Below are positions 47,932 to 57,347 of a stretch of DNA of 64,000 nucleotides, piece by piece. Under the pieces are notes generated by a model. It ran no database searches. It saw only the letters and a program-made list of their open reading frames with translations, and was not told where the DNA came from. Both the position numbers and the translations under genes were made by a program. Each line of letters starts with the position of its first letter. The stretch's first letter is position 1. This stretch comes from Thermoanaerobaculia bacterium (lineage in GTDB: Bacteria; Acidobacteriota; Thermoanaerobaculia; UBA5066; Gp7-AA6): NCBI GenBank assembly GCA_046716885.1, contig JBKJWL010000054.1:8708-72707 (forward strand), in the 5' to 3' direction.

Positions 47932-48440
47932 TCATCGGAGCGGGAGCTTCAGGATGACTGTGTCCCGCATTTCGTTGGCTGGAATCGGCCTTTTCTCGTC
48001 CAGGAACTTCTGCCCCTGGCTGTCCGCTATGAAGTACAGCGCGCCGCCGACGACGGTGCCGAGCGTGGGCTCGTCGAAGTCCGGGTGGTTCATCTCGAGG
48101 ATTCGTCCCCGCGCGATACCGAGCCCGTCTGGAGTCAGGTCCAGCCGGATAACGCGGTGGGGCTGAATGCCGTTCTGGATCGCGACGAGCCCGCCGTCCG
48201 AGTAGACGAGGCCGTCGATCCCGTTCAAGGCCAGGTTGCCCAGGTCTCCCGGTCGCCCCGGTCGTAGGCCTCGCGCGCCTCACGGGCGAGCACGGCAGAG
48301 GCCTTTGGAGGATCCGGCGCGGGAACCGATTCGCGAACCGCGGACCCGCTGCCGCTCAGACACGCCTCGACGGTGGCGAAGCCCTCCGAAACGGGGGCGA
48401 GGGACAAACCGACAACCGCGAAGAGAAGGATCATGACCAT
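47932..48440 (-). pseudogene. internally deleted secreted SMP-30/gluconolactonase-like gene
   Basis: N-terminal signal peptide fragment (48440 to ~48250) abuts, out of frame, a C-terminal GIDGL...IQNG.QP.RV...FDEPTLG fragment. Confidence 0.6.
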
Positions 48441-48463
48441 ACGGAGAGGGAGGGCGCGCGGGT

Positions 48464-49120
48464 TTACGCGACGACCGCGTAGGCGCGGACCGGGAAGCTG
48501 CCGACTCCGAGGAACGGGGCCGGCGCGCAGTGGAAGCGGAAGCCGGACTCGGGCAGCTCCTTCAGGTTGCAGAGGTGCTCGACGATCGGGATCCCGGCCG
48601 CGAGCAGCAGGGTGTGGGCCGGGCGGACGCCGTCCCCCGCGTCGTCGATGTTGAGCGAGTCGATGCCGACGAGCGCGGGTCCGGCAGAAGAGAGGTACTC
48701 CGCCGCGGCGCGCGTCAGGTGCGGATGGCCGTCGAAGTAGCGCGGCGTGCCCCAGTGCGCGTCCCATCCGGTGCGGATGAGAACGGCCTTCCCGGAAAGA
48801 TCGCGGCCGGAGAACTCGGAATCGTCCACCGCGCGTCCTTTTCCGCCGGCCTCGACGACGAGCCCCGGCAGATCTGCGAGTCGCTCGAGGGGCAGCGAGC
48901 CGATGTCTTTGCCGTGCGCGAACCGGTGGAAGGGCGCATCGACGTACGTGCCCGTGTTGACGACCATGCGCACGCGCGCGATCTGGAACGTCGTCCCCTC
49001 GGCGTAGTGCCCGCGCGAGGCTTCGCGGCCCAGAAAGTCGGAGACCACGGGACCGGGCAGCCCCGGGTAGGTGATCATGCCCGGGGAGATCGGGTGCGAG
49101 AGGTCCACCAGGCGGCCCAT
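48464..49120 (-). CDS. cyclase family protein (kynurenine formamidase-like)
   Basis: DLSH, NTGTYVDAPFH, VGIDSLNID, IVEHL, PVRA. Confidence 0.9.
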   Translation of the reverse strand: MGRLVDLSHPISPGMITYPGLPGPVVSDFLGREASRGHYAEGTTFQIARVRMVVNTGTYVDAPFHRFAHGKDIGSLPLERLADLPGLVVEAGGKGRAVDDSEFSGRDLSGKAVLIRTGWDAHWGTPRYFDGHPHLTRAAAEYLSSAGPALVGIDSLNIDDAGDGVRPAHTLLLAAGIPIVEHLCNLKELPESGFRFHCAPAPFLGVGSFPVRAYAVVA

Positions 49121-49133
49121 GGAGGGCGATTAT

Positions 49134-49511
49134 CTACTTGGCGTACGCCTCCGCGCCGAGAAAGTGGAGCGAGACGTACTCCTCGTCGCCTTCGACCCAG
49201 CTGTCGTGCCCGGGGCGCACCGAAAAAAGATCGCCGGGCGAAAGCACGACGCTCGTGCCGTCGTTCATCTCGACCCGGGCCCGTCCCCGGAGCACCAGGC
49301 CGACGTGCTCGACTTCACAGGTCGGCGTGCCCGCCGTGGGCGCCACGTGCTCCGACCATTTCCAACCCGGCTGATAGGTGGCGCGGCCGACCGTCACGCC
49401 GCCGATCGTCACGAGCTCGAAACGGCCCTTCGGAAACTCCCGGAGCTCGTCGGGTTTCTCGAAGCGTTTGAGAACGACAGGCGAAACGTCCATCGGCGCG
49501 CCTCCTGACAT
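49134..49511 (-). CDS. cupin domain protein
   Basis: YQPGWKWS, C.VEH.G, PGHDSWV.G. Confidence 0.88.
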   Translation of the reverse strand: MSGGAPMDVSPVVLKRFEKPDELREFPKGRFELVTIGGVTVGRATYQPGWKWSEHVAPTAGTPTCEVEHVGLVLRGRARVEMNDGTSVVLSPGDLFSVRPGHDSWVEGDEEYVSLHFLGAEAYAK

Positions 49512-49523
49512 ATTAGTGATGGC

Positions 49524-50018
49524 TCATATATTCTTCCGCCGGTCCCGCCAGAGCCTCTTGAGCACCTGGATCTGTCCCGTGTGGTAGACGTCGTGCGACG
49601 CGACGCCGTAGACGAGCGTGTCGGTCGTGTACCGGCTGCCCGGAGGCTTACGCCCGAGGTCGGATGGCGCGAGGGCGCCGACGGCCTCGCGGAGCCGCAG
49701 ATGCTGGGAGTGGAGAATCGCCACGTCCGCCTTCCAGGCCCGCTCGGCCGGCGGTCCGGATCGGGGGAACCAGTTGCTCCCCTTCTCGGGAAACGCGCCG
49801 GGCTTCTCGCCGGTGAGCATCCGCCGGACCGCGTACTTCCAGTAGGCGGCGTGCATGACGAGCTCCCAGATGCTGTGCCGCCCCGGGGCCGGTCGCCAGG
49901 CCGCCTGCGCCGCCGTGACGCCGCGCAGCGACCCGCGGAGGTTGGGACCCTGCCAGGCTCTTTTCTCGTAAGACTCGTCGAGCAGTCGGCGCAGCAGGTC
50001 TACGGCGGACGGCACCAT
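49524..50018 (-). CDS. DinB family protein
   Basis: AW.GP, HSIWELVMH..YW, HDVYHTGQI. Confidence 0.9.
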   Translation of the reverse strand: MVPSAVDLLRRLLDESYEKRAWQGPNLRGSLRGVTAAQAAWRPAPGRHSIWELVMHAAYWKYAVRRMLTGEKPGAFPEKGSNWFPRSGPPAERAWKADVAILHSQHLRLREAVGALAPSDLGRKPPGSRYTTDTLVYGVASHDVYHTGQIQVLKRLWRDRRKNI

Positions 50019-50087
50019 TGGCAACCTCCCAGTTCTACCTGGCGATCGGGATCCCGGACAGCGATCCGAGAGCCAGCAACAAAAGGG

Positions 50088-51062
50088 TCAGCGTCGGCCC
50101 CCTTCCACCCGAAGCGAAACGATGTTCTCTTCGATTCTCGGGACCGACCGGCGCGCGCCGTGGCGAATGATGAGCGCCACGGCCGCCACGATGATCGCCG
50201 CCGCCACGAGGGTTCGCGGAGTCACCGACTCGCCCGCGAGCACCCAGCCGAGAAAAATCGCCACCACGGGGTTGACGTAAGCGTATGTCGAAACCCGCGC
50301 GGGCGTGGTGGCTCCGAGAAGAAAGATGTAAGCGGTGAACCCCAGGAGCGATCCCGCCACGATGAGATAGCCCAGCGCCAGGAGCGAGGCCGAGGAGACG
50401 GAGGACAGGGAGAACCCGCGCCCTTCGCGCAGGACAGCGGAGACGCAGAGCAGAATCGCGCCACCGGCGACCATCTCCATGGCCGTCGCGAGGAGAGTCG
50501 AGGAGGGGAGCTTCGCGCCGCGCGAATAGAGCGAGCCGATGGCCCAGAAAAGGGCAGCCGCCAGCAGCGCAGCGGCACCGAGCGGGTCCACGTGAGTTCC
50601 TCCCGCGAAACTTCCGGGGGCTACGAGAAAGGCCAGGCCCGCCAGCCCCATCGCGAGGCCGACGATCACGACGCCGTGCGGCCGCTCGCGCTGTTGGATT
50701 CCGTCGAGCACGGTCATCCAGATAGGCACGGAGGCCACGATCAAAGCGGCGAGGCCGGAGGGCACGCGCTGCTCGGCCCAGGTTACGAGTCCGTTTCCGC
50801 CGAGGAGCATCAGCCCCCCGATAACCGCCGCCGCGCGCCAGTGCCGGGCCTGGGGCATGGGCGTGCCGCGCAAGCGGAGCCAGCCGAAGAGGATCAGCCC
50901 CGCCGTCAGGTGCCGAACGCCCGCCAGGAGGAACGGCGGGATCGTCTCGACGCCGATCCGGATCGCAAGGTACGTCGAGCCCCAGAGCACGTACACCGCG
51001 GCGAAGGCCAGGAAGAGCTCGGCGCGCGTCGCGGGCCGGCGGTGCGGGCGGGTCTCAGGCAT
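50088..51062 (-). CDS. EamA/YedA drug-metabolite transporter
   Basis: VYVLWGSTYLAI, STYAYVNPVVA. Confidence 0.92.
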   Translation of the reverse strand: MPETRPHRRPATRAELFLAFAAVYVLWGSTYLAIRIGVETIPPFLLAGVRHLTAGLILFGWLRLRGTPMPQARHWRAAAVIGGLMLLGGNGLVTWAEQRVPSGLAALIVASVPIWMTVLDGIQQRERPHGVVIVGLAMGLAGLAFLVAPGSFAGGTHVDPLGAAALLAAALFWAIGSLYSRGAKLPSSTLLATAMEMVAGGAILLCVSAVLREGRGFSLSSVSSASLLALGYLIVAGSLLGFTAYIFLLGATTPARVSTYAYVNPVVAIFLGWVLAGESVTPRTLVAAAIIVAAVALIIRHGARRSVPRIEENIVSLRVEGGRR

Positions 51063-52032
51063 GCCGCGTCTCCGCCGCCTTCGTGCAGCCGAGATCCGGC
51101 TCCTCGGGAGCGACCTGCTCGAGCTCTTCCCCGCCGTACTTGATGATCAGCGCGACGGCGCCCACGATCACGGTCGCCGCGAGGGCCACGCGCGGAGTCA
51201 GCGGCTCGCCCGCAAGCGCCCAGCCGAGGAAGACCGCGACGATGGGGTTGACGTACGCGTACGTCGAGACCCGCGAGGCGCTCGCCACGCGCAGCAGCCA
51301 GAGGTACGCCGAGAAGCCGACGATCGAGCCGAAGATGAAGAGGTACACCGTCGCAAGAACGGACCGGGTCGACACGGCCGCGGGGTCGAAGCGCCCGAGC
51401 TCCCCGGTTGCGAGGCCGAGCGCCGCGAGCATCGCGCCGCCGCAGAGAAGGGTCGTCGCGGAGGCCATGACAGGCGAAGCGGGCAGTCGCGATCCGCGCG
51501 AGAAGAGCGAGCCACCCGCCCAGGCGAAGGTGCCTACGACCAGGACCGCCGACGCGCCGAGGTGGAACCGTTGGCTCCCCAGAATCGAGCCCGGGCCCAC
51601 GAGGATCCCGAGGCCCGCCAGACCCAGGGCGAGGCCGGCGAAGACGAGCCCGCGGGGCATGCGGCGGCGGCGCATGGCTTCCATCAACACGAACGAAATC
51701 GGTTCGGTTGCAACGACGAGGGCCGCCACCCCCGAGGGTATGAAGTGCTCCGCCCAAACCACCGCTCCCGTCCCGCCGAGAAAAAGCAGCCCGCCGGTGA
51801 TCGCCGAGCCCCCCCACTCGCGGCGCGTGGGCGCGGCCGTTCCGCGCAGGCGCGCGAAGGCATACATCACGGCACCGGCGAGAGCGAACCGCACACCCTG
51901 CGTCAGAAACGGCGGCAGCGTTTCGATCGAGAAGCGGATTCCGAGATACGTCGATCCCCACAGGACGTACACGGCCGCAAAGGCCATGATGACCTTGCCG
52001 AGCGGGGGTTTTCCCGGGCGCGGGTCAGGCAC
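51055..52032 (-). CDS. EamA/YedA drug-metabolite transporter (tandem paralog)
   Basis: VYVLWGSTYLGI, STYAYVNPIVA. Confidence 0.9.
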   Translation of the reverse strand: MPDPRPGKPPLGKVIMAFAAVYVLWGSTYLGIRFSIETLPPFLTQGVRFALAGAVMYAFARLRGTAAPTRREWGGSAITGGLLFLGGTGAVVWAEHFIPSGVAALVVATEPISFVLMEAMRRRRMPRGLVFAGLALGLAGLGILVGPGSILGSQRFHLGASAVLVVGTFAWAGGSLFSRGSRLPASPVMASATTLLCGGAMLAALGLATGELGRFDPAAVSTRSVLATVYLFIFGSIVGFSAYLWLLRVASASRVSTYAYVNPIVAVFLGWALAGEPLTPRVALAATVIVGAVALIIKYGGEELEQVAPEEPDLGCTKAAETRHA

Positions 52033-52513
52033 GGACGGTCTCCGGTATGGCGTCCGCCGGTGCCGCGATCGGCAGCTCCGAGGACTCTTTGACGGTATCG
52101 AGCACGATCGTCGTTCGGGTGGACTTGATGGACTCGATGCGGCCGAGCCGATCGTGCAGGAGCCTGTGGAGCGCGTCCGTATCGGCCGCACGCACCTTCA
52201 CGAGGAAACAGTCCTCCCCCGCGACGTGATGGACCTCGAGAACCTCGGGAATCGCCGCGACGAGTTGCGCCGTCTCTTCCTCGCCCGGCTTTTCGTCGGC
52301 GCGCACGAAGATGTAAGCGAGAAGCGGCAGGCCCACCAACTTCGGTTTCACGCGCGCGGCGTAGCCTTCGATGACGCCCCGCTCCTCGAGCTTGCGAACC
52401 CGCTCGAAGACGGCCGAGGCCGCCAGGCCCACCTGCCGTGCGATCTCCGCGTTTGAAGTTCTGCCGTTTCCCTGCAGTATCTTCAGTATTTCAGTGTCTA
52501 TTCCGTCGATCAT
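52025..52513 (-). CDS. Lrp/AsnC family regulator
   Basis: ID.ID.EIL.ILQ.NGRTSNAEIARQVGL; AGEDCFLVKV. Confidence 0.94.
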   Translation of the reverse strand: MIDGIDTEILKILQGNGRTSNAEIARQVGLAASAVFERVRKLEERGVIEGYAARVKPKLVGLPLLAYIFVRADEKPGEEETAQLVAAIPEVLEVHHVAGEDCFLVKVRAADTDALHRLLHDRLGRIESIKSTRTTIVLDTVKESSELPIAAPADAIPETVRA

Positions 52514-52519
52514 TCTGAA

Positions 52520-52548
52520 AATGTATACGATCTACGATGTTTTGTCTA
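52520..52548 (-). promoter_or_regulatory. sigma70 promoter of the lrp operon (leaderless)
   Basis: TAGACA-N17-TACATT-6 nt-ATG. Confidence 0.65.
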
Positions 52549-52571
52549 TTGAGGTTTGGCGACGGTGGGAC

Positions 52572-52674
52572 GGGGTCAGGTCTGGACTTTGTCCTTCGCC
52601 CGGGCGACTAGGGAGAGGCGGAGCTGACCTGGCCTCCGGTTCGGTCCGAAAGGACAAAGTCCAGACCTGACCCC
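52572..52674. repeat. palindromic REP/MITE-like element
   Basis: 25-bp perfect inverted repeat GGGGTCAGGTCTGGACTTTGTCCTT...AAGGACAAAGTCCAGACCTGACCCC. Confidence 0.85.
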
Positions 52675-52684
52675 AGCCTGAATC

Positions 52685-55600
52685 TCAGGTCGCGAAGTAG
52701 CGCGCCTGGGGATGATGGAGGACGAGCGCCGAGACGGACGCCTCAGGATCCATCATGTAGCCCTCGGTGAGCTCGACTCCGATCTTGCGGCCGTCGAGCA
52801 GGCGGAAGAGCGTGACCTGGTCGGCGAGCTCGGGGCAAGCCGGATAGCCAAAGCTGTAACGCTTGCCGCGGTAGCGCCCCTGGAAGCGGTCCCGCATCGT
52901 TGTCTCGGGCGGATCCGGGAAGCCCCACTGCTCGCGCAGCCTCCGGTGGAGCCATTCGGCGGCCGCCTCGGCCGTCTCGACGGCGAGGGCCTGCAGGGCG
53001 TGGCAGAGCAGGTACTCGCCAGAGGCCTTCAGATCCTCGGCGCGCTGCCGCACGCCTTCGCCGGCCGTCGTGAGGAAGAGCCCGACCGAGTCGCGGGGGG
53101 CACCCGGCGCGCTGGGGTGGACGAAATCCGAGAGGCACAGCCGCTCGCCAGCCACCTGCCGTGGAAACGTGAAGCAGGCCTCGCCGCCGCCGGGCACGGC
53201 CAGGTGAAGCGTGTTTCCGTCGGAGGACGCGGGGAAGTACCGGTACATCGCCCGCGCCGTGAGCCACCCGGCCGCCTGCACCTTCTCGATGACTCGCTCG
53301 AGCTCGGCGAGCTTCGGATCTCCGGCCTCCTTGAGCTTCCAATAGCTGCCCCGCAGCCCGAGGTGCTTCGCGTAGAGCATGTGGGGGTTCAGATACGGCC
53401 AGACCTCCGACAGATCGAGCTCGCCGAGGACGTGCTCCTCGCCGTCGGGCGCCGGCAGGGCCTCGGCGATCGAAACCTCGGTGCTGCGCACGGCCGGCGC
53501 GGCGAGCGGGATCTCCTCCTCCGGTCGAGCCGCGGCGGCGATCGCGGCCCGGCGCTTCTGCGCCTCCGCGAGGAGCCCCGCGCGGGCGTCGTCTCCCGAG
53601 AGGATGCGGTCGGCGAGCGCGAGGCCGCGCATCGCGTCCTCGGCATAGACCACCAGCCCGCCGTACGCCGGCGCGATCCGGTGGTCGGTGAACTTCTGCG
53701 AAAGCGCGGCGCCGCCGACGAGCATCGGAGTCTCCACACCCGCCGCGGTCAGGTCCTGGGCAGTCGTCACCATCTGCTGCGCGCTTTTCACGAGGAGCCC
53801 CGACAGGCCGATCAGGTCGGGCCGGTGCTGGTGGTACGCCTCGACGAGCTTCCCGGGCGGCACCTTGATGCCGAGGTTGATCACCTCGTAGCCGTTGTTC
53901 GAGAGGATGATCTCGACGAGGTTCTTCCCAATGTCGTGGACGTCGCCCTTGACCGTCGCGAGAATGACCTTGCCCTTGCGCGAACCGGTCGTCTTCTCCA
54001 TGAACTTCTCGAGGTGGGAGACGGCAGCCTTCATCGCCTCGGCCGACTGCAGCACTTCGGCCACGATCAGCTCGTTGGCGTTGAAGAGTCGGCCGACCTC
54101 GCGCATGCCGTCCATGAGCGGGCCGTTGATGATGTTGAGCGGCGCCGTCCCCGAAAGGCGCACGGCCTCGAGGTCCTCGACGAGGCCCTCCTTCGAGCCC
54201 TCGAGGATGTAGCGCGGCAGCCGTTCGAGCGGGGTGCCGGCGCGCTCGCGCGGGGCCTTCGGAGCGGCGCCCTTGGCCTTAAAGAAGCTCGCGAACGCCG
54301 CGACCGGGTCCGCCCCGCGATTGTAGAGGAGGTCCTCCGCCAGACGCTTTTCTTCATCCGGGATCGACGGGTACCGGACGATCTTCTCGGAGTTCACGAT
54401 CGCCAGATCCAGCCCCGCCTTCGTCGCGTGGTAGAGGAAGACCGAGTTCAAGACCTCGCGCCCGGCCTCCGGCAGCCCGAAGGAGACATTCGAGATGCCG
54501 AGGATCGTCTTCGACTCCGGGAAGGCCGCCTTGATGAGGCGGATCCCCTCGATCGTCTCGACCGCGCTGCCGACATACTTGGCGTCCCCCGTGCCGCACG
54601 GGAAGACGAGCGGATCGAAGAGGATGTCCTCGGCCGGGATCTCGTACTTCTCCGTCAGGAGCGTGTAGCTCCTCCGGGCGACCTCGAGCTTGCGGTCGCG
54701 CGTGACGGCCATGCCATGCTCCGGGTCCTCGTCGATCGTGCCGACGACGAGGGCGGCGCCGTACCGTTGCGCCAGCGGAACGACCGAGCGGAACCGCTCC
54801 TCCCCGTCCTCCAGGTTGATCGAGTTCAGGATCGCCTTGCCCTGACTCCACTTCAGGCCGAGCTCCAGCACTTTGGCGTCGGTCGAGTCGAGCATCAGCG
54901 GAACCTTGACCATCTTCGTCGCCCGCTCGAGGAAAGCGTTGACGTCCGCGACCTCGTCCCGGTCCGGGTCCTGCAGACAGACGTCGATGACCTGCGCGCC
55001 GTTCTTGACCTGAGCGCGCGCAATTTCGGCGGCCGTCTCGAACTGGCCCTCGGCAACGAGCCTCTTGAACTTCCGGCTTCCGAGCACGTTGGTCCGCTCG
55101 CCGACGAGTACCGGCCGGTTGTCGACGTCCAGCTCGAGGACCTCGATCCCCGAGACGAGGGTCTTGCTGTGAATCGGGACGCGCCGGGGCTTGCGCCCCT
55201 CGGCCGCCGCGGCGAGCGCCCGGATGTGCGCGGGTGTCGTGCCGCAGCAACCGCCCACGACGTTGACCCAGCCCTCTTCCATGAAGCGGGAGAGATCGCG
55301 CGCGAGCTTCTCCGGCGTCTCGGCGTACTTCCCGTCGGAGTCCGGCAGGCCCGCGTTGGGATAGCAGGAGGTCAGCGTCTTCGCCAGGGCGGAGAGGCTG
55401 CGCAGATGGTCCGTCATGAACTCCGGTCCAGTCGCGCAGTTCAGGCCCACCGAGAGAAGCGGCGCGTGCATCAGCGAAGCGTAGAGGGCTTCGACACCCT
55501 GCCCGGCGAGCATCGTGCCCGTCGGCTCGATCGTCACCGAGGCCATGATGGGCACGCGCCAGCCGACCTCCGCAAACGCCTGCTCGAGACCGATGAGTCC

Positions 55601-56152
55601 CGCCTTCAGGTTGCGCGTGTCCTGCGTCGTCTCGAGGAGCAACACGTCGGCTCCGCCCGAGAGAAGCCCCATCGCCTGGATCCGGTAGTGGACGATCATC
55701 TCGTCGAAGGTCACGCCGCCGGTGACCGTCATCGCCTTGGTCGTCGGGCCCATCGACCCGGCGACGAAGCGCAGGCGGCTCGGGGTCGAGGCTTGCGCCG
55801 CCGACTCCCGCGCGAGCTCCGCCGCCCGGCGGTTGATCTCCACCGCCTTGTCCGCTAGACCGTACTCGGCCAATACGAGCGGTGTTCCCCCGAAGGTGTC
55901 CGTCTCGACCATGTCCGCGCCGGCGTCGAAGTAGTCCCCGTGCATCCGCCGGACCAGATCGGGCCGCGTCAGGACCAGGTTCTCGTTGCAGCCCTCCAGA
56001 TCCGCGCCCCCGAAGTCCTCCGCGGTCAGGTCCTGGCCCTGGATCCAGGTGCCCGTGGCCCCGTCGAGGATCAGGATCCGCTCCGCGAGGAGCTCCTGGA
56101 GCGCCTCGGCGCGCTCGCGCTGGTTCGGGCCGGTCGGGCGGTTTGCGGACAT
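52685..56152 (-). CDS. metH: cobalamin-dependent methionine synthase
   Basis: [21 protein letters not shown]12 motif, [10 protein letters not shown]. Confidence 0.97.
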   Translation of the reverse strand: MSANRPTGPNQRERAEALQELLAERILILDGATGTWIQGQDLTAEDFGGADLEGCNENLVLTRPDLVRRMHGDYFDAGADMVETDTFGGTPLVLAEYGLADKAVEINRRAAELARESAAQASTPSRLRFVAGSMGPTTKAMTVTGGVTFDEMIVHYRIQAMGLLSGGADVLLLETTQDTRNLKAGLIGLEQAFAEVGWRVPIMASVTIEPTGTMLAGQGVEALYASLMHAPLLSVGLNCATGPEFMTDHLRSLSALAKTLTSCYPNAGLPDSDGKYAETPEKLARDLSRFMEEGWVNVVGGCCGTTPAHIRALAAAAEGRKPRRVPIHSKTLVSGIEVLELDVDNRPVLVGERTNVLGSRKFKRLVAEGQFETAAEIARAQVKNGAQVIDVCLQDPDRDEVADVNAFLERATKMVKVPLMLDSTDAKVLELGLKWSQGKAILNSINLEDGEERFRSVVPLAQRYGAALVVGTIDEDPEHGMAVTRDRKLEVARRSYTLLTEKYEIPAEDILFDPLVFPCGTGDAKYVGSAVETIEGIRLIKAAFPESKTILGISNVSFGLPEAGREVLNSVFLYHATKAGLDLAIVNSEKIVRYPSIPDEEKRLAEDLLYNRGADPVAAFASFFKAKGAAPKAPRERAGTPLERLPRYILEGSKEGLVEDLEAVRLSGTAPLNIINGPLMDGMREVGRLFNANELIVAEVLQSAEAMKAAVSHLEKFMEKTTGSRKGKVILATVKGDVHDIGKNLVEIILSNNGYEVINLGIKVPPGKLVEAYHQHRPDLIGLSGLLVKSAQQMVTTAQDLTAAGVETPMLVGGAALSQKFTDHRIAPAYGGLVVYAEDAMRGLALADRILSGDDARAGLLAEAQKRRAAIAAAARPEEEIPLAAPAVRSTEVSIAEALPAPDGEEHVLGELDLSEVWPYLNPHMLYAKHLGLRGSYWKLKEAGDPKLAELERVIEKVQAAGWLTARAMYRYFPASSDGNTLHLAVPGGGEACFTFPRQVAGERLCLSDFVHPSAPGAPRDSVGLFLTTAGEGVRQRAEDLKASGEYLLCHALQALAVETAEAAAEWLHRRLREQWGFPDPPETTMRDRFQGRYRGKRYSFGYPACPELADQVTLFRLLDGRKIGVELTEGYMMDPEASVSALVLHHPQARYFAT

Positions 56153-56208
56153 GGAGGACGGATTATGAGGGATTCGAAGCTAGACTTCTCCTCTCGAGGA
56201 GGTGGTCC

Positions 56209-56487
56209 ATGCCCAAGTTCGTCATCGAGCGGGACATCCCCGGCATCGGGAAGCTGTCGCCGCAGGAGATCCAGGCGATCTCCCGAAAGTCCAACACCGT
56301 CGTCTCCGAGGTCGGCCGGAAGCTCCAGTGGGTCGAAAGCTATGTCACCGACGACAAGCTCTACTGCGTGTACATCGCCCCGGACGAGCAAGCGATCCTC
56401 GATCATGCCTCGCACGGCGGATTCCCGGCGAATCGCATCTCGGCGGTCCGTCGCATGATGGACCCGACGACCGCGGAGGAGCGCTGA
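56209..56487 (+). CDS. DUF4242 domain protein
   Basis: GGAGG SD; MPKFVIER.IPG...QWVESYVTDDK.YCVY.A...H...GFPANRI. Confidence 0.88.
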   Translation: MPKFVIERDIPGIGKLSPQEIQAISRKSNTVVSEVGRKLQWVESYVTDDKLYCVYIAPDEQAILDHASHGGFPANRISAVRRMMDPTTAEER

Positions 56488-56512
56488 CACGAGCCGCGGC
56501 TATACTCGCCTC

Positions 56513-56782
56513 GTGCCGTCCCTGCCGGGAGAAGAGCTCGTCGAAAAGGGCATCGCGGACCTCGCGAGGGGCGAGGAAACCCTGGAGGCATTGCTCGTCT
56601 CGATCGGCGCGCCTCGTCTGTCGCGAGCCGGACTGACGATCCTGAACCCGATCCCGTCGCCTGAGCACCGGCTCTACGAATATTTGGCGCGGACCAACTC
56701 GGACTCCGCCCACTCCCGGTACAACGCTCTGATCCGGCGTCTCGTGAGCTTCGAGCGAGCGGCGGAATGCGGCGCCTCGTAG
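56513..56782 (+). CDS. small hypothetical protein (putative antitoxin)
   Basis: 89 aa; TATACT-6 nt-GTG; overlaps the downstream nucleotidyltransferase gene. Confidence 0.7.
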   Translation: MPSLPGEELVEKGIADLARGEETLEALLVSIGAPRLSRAGLTILNPIPSPEHRLYEYLARTNSDSAHSRYNALIRRLVSFERAAECGAS

Positions 56783-57300
56783 ACGCGGCCCGGCTCGAAG
56801 AGTTTCTCACGGCCCTGGCGAGGGAGAGTCGCGCCGACGTCCGCATCTATCTGGCGGGGGGAGCGACGGCCGTGCTCCAGGGCTGGCGTCCATCCACCGT
56901 GGACATCGACCTGAAGATCGTGCCCGACAGCGACGCCGTTCTGCGGGCAATCCCCCGGCTCAAGGAGTCCCTCGAGATCAACGTCGAGCTCGCGGCGCCG
57001 GACGAGTTCATCCCGGAGCTTCCGGGCTGGCAGGAGCGAAGCCCGTTGATCCGCCGCGAGGGCGGCGTGTCCTTTCACCACTACGACTTCTCGGCCCAGG
57101 CGCTCGCCAAGCTCGAGCGTGGACACGACCGGGATCTTTGGGACGCCGGAGAGATGGCGCGGCGCGGGCTGATCGACCCCGCGGTCCTGCTCCGCTACTT
57201 TGACCAGATCTCGCCAAACATGTACCGCTATCCGGCGATCGACCCGGTTTCCTTCCGGCGCGCTGTCGAGGACTTCGTCCGCGGGCACTCGAAGCTCTGA
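56767..57300 (+). CDS. DUF6036 family nucleotidyltransferase
   Basis: YLAGGATAVL.GWR.ST.DID Pol-beta motif; ALAKLERG..RD..D. Confidence 0.82.
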   Translation: MRRLVDAARLEEFLTALARESRADVRIYLAGGATAVLQGWRPSTVDIDLKIVPDSDAVLRAIPRLKESLEINVELAAPDEFIPELPGWQERSPLIRREGGVSFHHYDFSAQALAKLERGHDRDLWDAGEMARRGLIDPAVLLRYFDQISPNMYRYPAIDPVSFRRAVEDFVRGHSKL

Positions 57301-57347
57301 AAGCCCGCTGATATCCTTTCGCCCCCGGTCCACGAAAGGAGATTTTC

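Noticed and set aside
50037-50091. CTGA-coupled hydrophobic stub LTLLLLALGSLSGIPIAR after EamA
   Set aside because: Could be a signal-peptide remnant, but 18 codons is within chance.
52712-55858. 1048-aa plus-strand ORF
   Set aside because: Antisense shadow of metH caused by high-GC codon bias; no recognisable motifs.
56153-56208. SAM or cobalamin riboswitch upstream of metH
   Set aside because: Only ~55 bp separate metH from the divergent gene, and no riboswitch consensus is visible.
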